64,000 nucleotides of DNA, from the NCBI GenBank assembly GCA_030704615.1, contig CM060733.1, positions 46,066,001 to 46,130,000 on the forward strand, in the 5' to 3' direction. The notes beneath the pieces are model-generated. The model was not told where the DNA came from. It ran no database searches and saw only the letters and a program-made list of their open reading frames with translations. Position numbers and translations under genes: made by a program. This document shows, piece after piece, positions 61,127-64,000 of the stretch. Position 1 is the stretch's first letter. Each line of letters starts with the position of its first letter. This DNA is from Takakia lepidozioides. Taxonomy: Eukaryota; Plantae; Bryophyta.

Positions 61127-63914
61127 ATGGATGGAGGAGAGGCTCCTGATTTAGTGCCTCCTATCGCCAGGCAGCTCTTGCAGTCCAGAGCAGTCAGTGC
61201 AAACTCGGCTATGGCGAAGGATTTTCAGCCGCAATTGTCAAGGCAGCCGCCAGCCGAGCTTCCTCCCCAGCCTCCAAATGGCGGAAAGGTAAGTGCACCT
61301 ACAATACAGCTGCCACAAGGACGTTTTGGTCATATTGTAACCGTGCTTTTGTTTTCACTCGGGCTACAATTCGGATATGCACTAACCGGAGTGAAGGCTG
61401 AGAATGAACAAAGATCTTCATTCAAGAAAGTGTCCATTGCCCTATTTACAGATCCAGTGTGTTTACTTGCTTTAAGTTGGTCTAGCTCATCATTGCCGAA
61501 TCTAAATACAATTCTCAAGTAGAGTGCAGATTAAACAGAGGTTGCAATTCTGCATCTGGTCCATGCCCATCGGAATCGCGCACTCAAGCATATCTGCAAT
61601 TCGGTTGCAGCCTGTAGGAGTTTGAATAAAAGCGAAGCCAGATTGATGGTTCTCTGTTCATCGAATTTGCACAGCCTGTAGGAGTTTTTAAATAGAAACG
61701 AAGCCAGATTGATGGTTCTCTGCCTCATAAAAGAATGAAATTGGGTTCGGGTTTATGCTCAAGTTCATGATCGATTGATCCTTTGCAAAAAGAATCGAAT
61801 TTCAATTTGAAATCTCTGCAGTCACGATCAGGCTTGGCGTTTGCGATCTGAACACATGACCGCAACTAGGTCAGGTCTTCTGCTCTTTCGGTACCTGGGT
61901 TAACGCACCGATGCCGCTCACCTTGAATGCTGTTAATTTCACCAGTTTAGTAAGTGTCCTTAGAATCTCCTGGCATATGCATCAGAGAATGTCAGCGCTC
62001 TTAGTATCCATGATGCTCTATGTTGATCATCTTCCTCTAACGCTGAAGAATGTGTGGTCACAGATATCTTCATGAGTGATTTGTGTTCATCTTTCACATT
62101 ACAATCTGTGGTTCCGTTAGAGAGCCAATTTTACCTTGTAGTCCAGTAGTCTCTCGCACCATTATGCCCCCATCGCCTTTACCTGTGTGGGAGCCAACGT
62201 ATGTAAGTTCCAGACATGCAAGATGTTCTGTTTGAAGGATGTCATTTTCAGTTATGAGCCTACAAATGACGGCATCGATAAGAGGATGATTGCAACCAAT
62301 TTAACATGTTTATGTGGGTTCTGCAGTACAAGATAGCCGCATGCCAGATTTTGGTGACGGCTGATAAGGAGGCCAACATAGCCCATACTCGTAGTGTAAT
62401 AGAGGCAGCTGCAGACAAAGGAGCTCAACTCATCCTCCTGCCAGTAAGCTTTCTAGATCCCTTCAGGATGTCTGGCAAAGATAGATCGAGTTTGATGATG
62501 GAGAGGTCTTAGTTTTCAGTAAGCTGTCTGCTTTGGGTTCAATAGAAGGAGCCATCCGTGCAGACAATGCCTATTACCTCATCATTTAAGCTCTTGGCCT
62601 TTCTGTGGATATTATAAAGTCCCTTTCTTGTTCCTTGTCTTTAATACATGAGGGTATGAATCTTATCCTGGGCCGATCTTTGTAGCACACTGTAGACAAT
62701 GATGTCATGCACCCCTACTACTTCTACTAAGACAGAAGTGGCTGGTCTAGGACCAGAAATAAGAACATTGATACCCATAAATCTGTGCAGTTTAGGTTCC
62801 TGTATTACTATGTGTGGAAAGACACAGTTCAGTGTGAACTTAAACCTTCTTGTCAATGTTTCCAGGAGATGTGGAACTGTCCTTTATCAAATGACAGCTT
62901 TCCAATGTATGCGGAGGACATTGATGCTGGGTATGAAGCTTCTCCGTCTTCAGCAATGCTGGCTGAGGTGGCGCGCACAAAAGAAGTGACTATAATTGGA
63001 GGATCCATACCTGAGCGTAGTAACGGCCTCTTGTATAACACATGCTGTATTTTTGACAAAGACGGAGAGCTCAAGGCCAAGCACCGCAAGGTGTACACTT
63101 TCACTGAACAAGCAGGGGGGGCCAATGTTCCAAGAGCACTTTTCATACTTTCTGTCATTGTTAGATTGTTTGCAGAATTCCATGTGACAAAGTTAAGGAA
63201 CAGCAATGTCGCCATCTCCTGGGATATGCAATCTTTCTTGTTGTCTCCGCCATAAGGTAGAGACTAGGCATTCAACTGTCAAGGTCACTAATTATTCACC
63301 CTGTGAGTTGTCTGGTTGCCTAGCTCAGCATGGGCTGGGCTAGGTGAATCATCTCTTGAGAGGGCCAAGCCGTTGGGTGTGAAGGAGGGTGCTTCACTGA
63401 ATTAAATGGCATTTTGTGTTAAAGAGTGTCTTCTAACTTGATTGTTATCACCACATAAACAAACAGAGATGGAAATTTTTGCTAAGGCTGGAGTTGCATC
63501 TCTTTGTGGTCAGGTGCATCTGTTTGACATTGACATACCGGGGAAAATCACTTTTAAGGAGTCAGAGACGCTACACCCTGGAGAAGGCCTCACGGTTGTG
63601 GACACAGGTGGCCATATCAAAGCACCTAGCTGTTCTCTTTAATACATTGGGCACCAAAAGAGAGCCTAGCAAAGTCTAAACTCACTTTTGAGAGGTAGCC
63701 AAGATGAAAACATAGCCACATTTAGGGTAAGGTTTCCTGTCACATGTTTCCTTTCTGATGTGCCTGTTTGTATCACTGTCACACATGTACTTCCCTTTCC
63801 ATCCTTCTGTTTTCACTCAAGGGTGTTTTCTGAGTGCAGATGTTGGGCGCATAGCAGTAGGAATTTGCTATGATATCCGTTTTCCCGAAATGGCTATGCT
63901 CTATGCTGCCCGCG
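61127..63914 (+). CDS. Omega-amidase (Nit2-like nitrilase family, NLP3-like), 3'-incomplete; exons 61127(or 61211)-61288, 62327-62443, 62866-63090, 63514-63607, 63840-63914
   Basis: [24 protein letters not shown] (catalytic E), GGSIPER...LYNTCC...[18 protein letters not shown] (K), [12 protein letters not shown] (C). GT-AG junctions are in frame. Runs off the window. Confidence 0.95.
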
Positions 63915-64000
63915 GTAAACTGGCCTCCTCCTGCATTCTAATCATATACTCAAATTGAATGATTTTTGGACCGGGTCAAGTTGAAAGAAAATTCTCTTTG

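Noticed and set aside
61608-61722. ~50-bp direct repeat in omega-amidase intron 1
   Set aside because: A simple local duplication with no evidence of function.

Overview
Eukaryotic nuclear DNA, most likely from a non-seed land plant (GT-AG introns, PLS-type PPR fragments, plant sterol C5-desaturase and omega-amidase; the taxon is inferred). About 57 kb is a nested, mostly decayed transposon cluster: a PHD-finger Ty3/gypsy, a CACTA transposase with a divergent intron-containing ORF, two inverted copies (A and B) of one Ty3/gypsy family with a long extra ORF, a chromovirus fragment, a small non-autonomous element and an L1/Tx1-like LINE. A head-to-head host gene pair (STE1/DWF7 and an omega-amidase) follows. 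The main finding is a 15.5-kb minus-strand insertion (15187-30660) bounded by a 13-bp target-site duplication inside the RT of gypsy A; the empty site is visible in copy B. It is a giant dual-endonuclease (Dualen/RandI-type) non-LTR retrotransposon. Its decayed polyprotein reads: amplified PPR modules, 2A/StopGo-like GDIHPNPGP, APE, RT, chromodomain, adenine-methyltransferase-like segment, RNase H, CCHC, restriction-like endonuclease. All calls come from manual motif reading; no searches were run.
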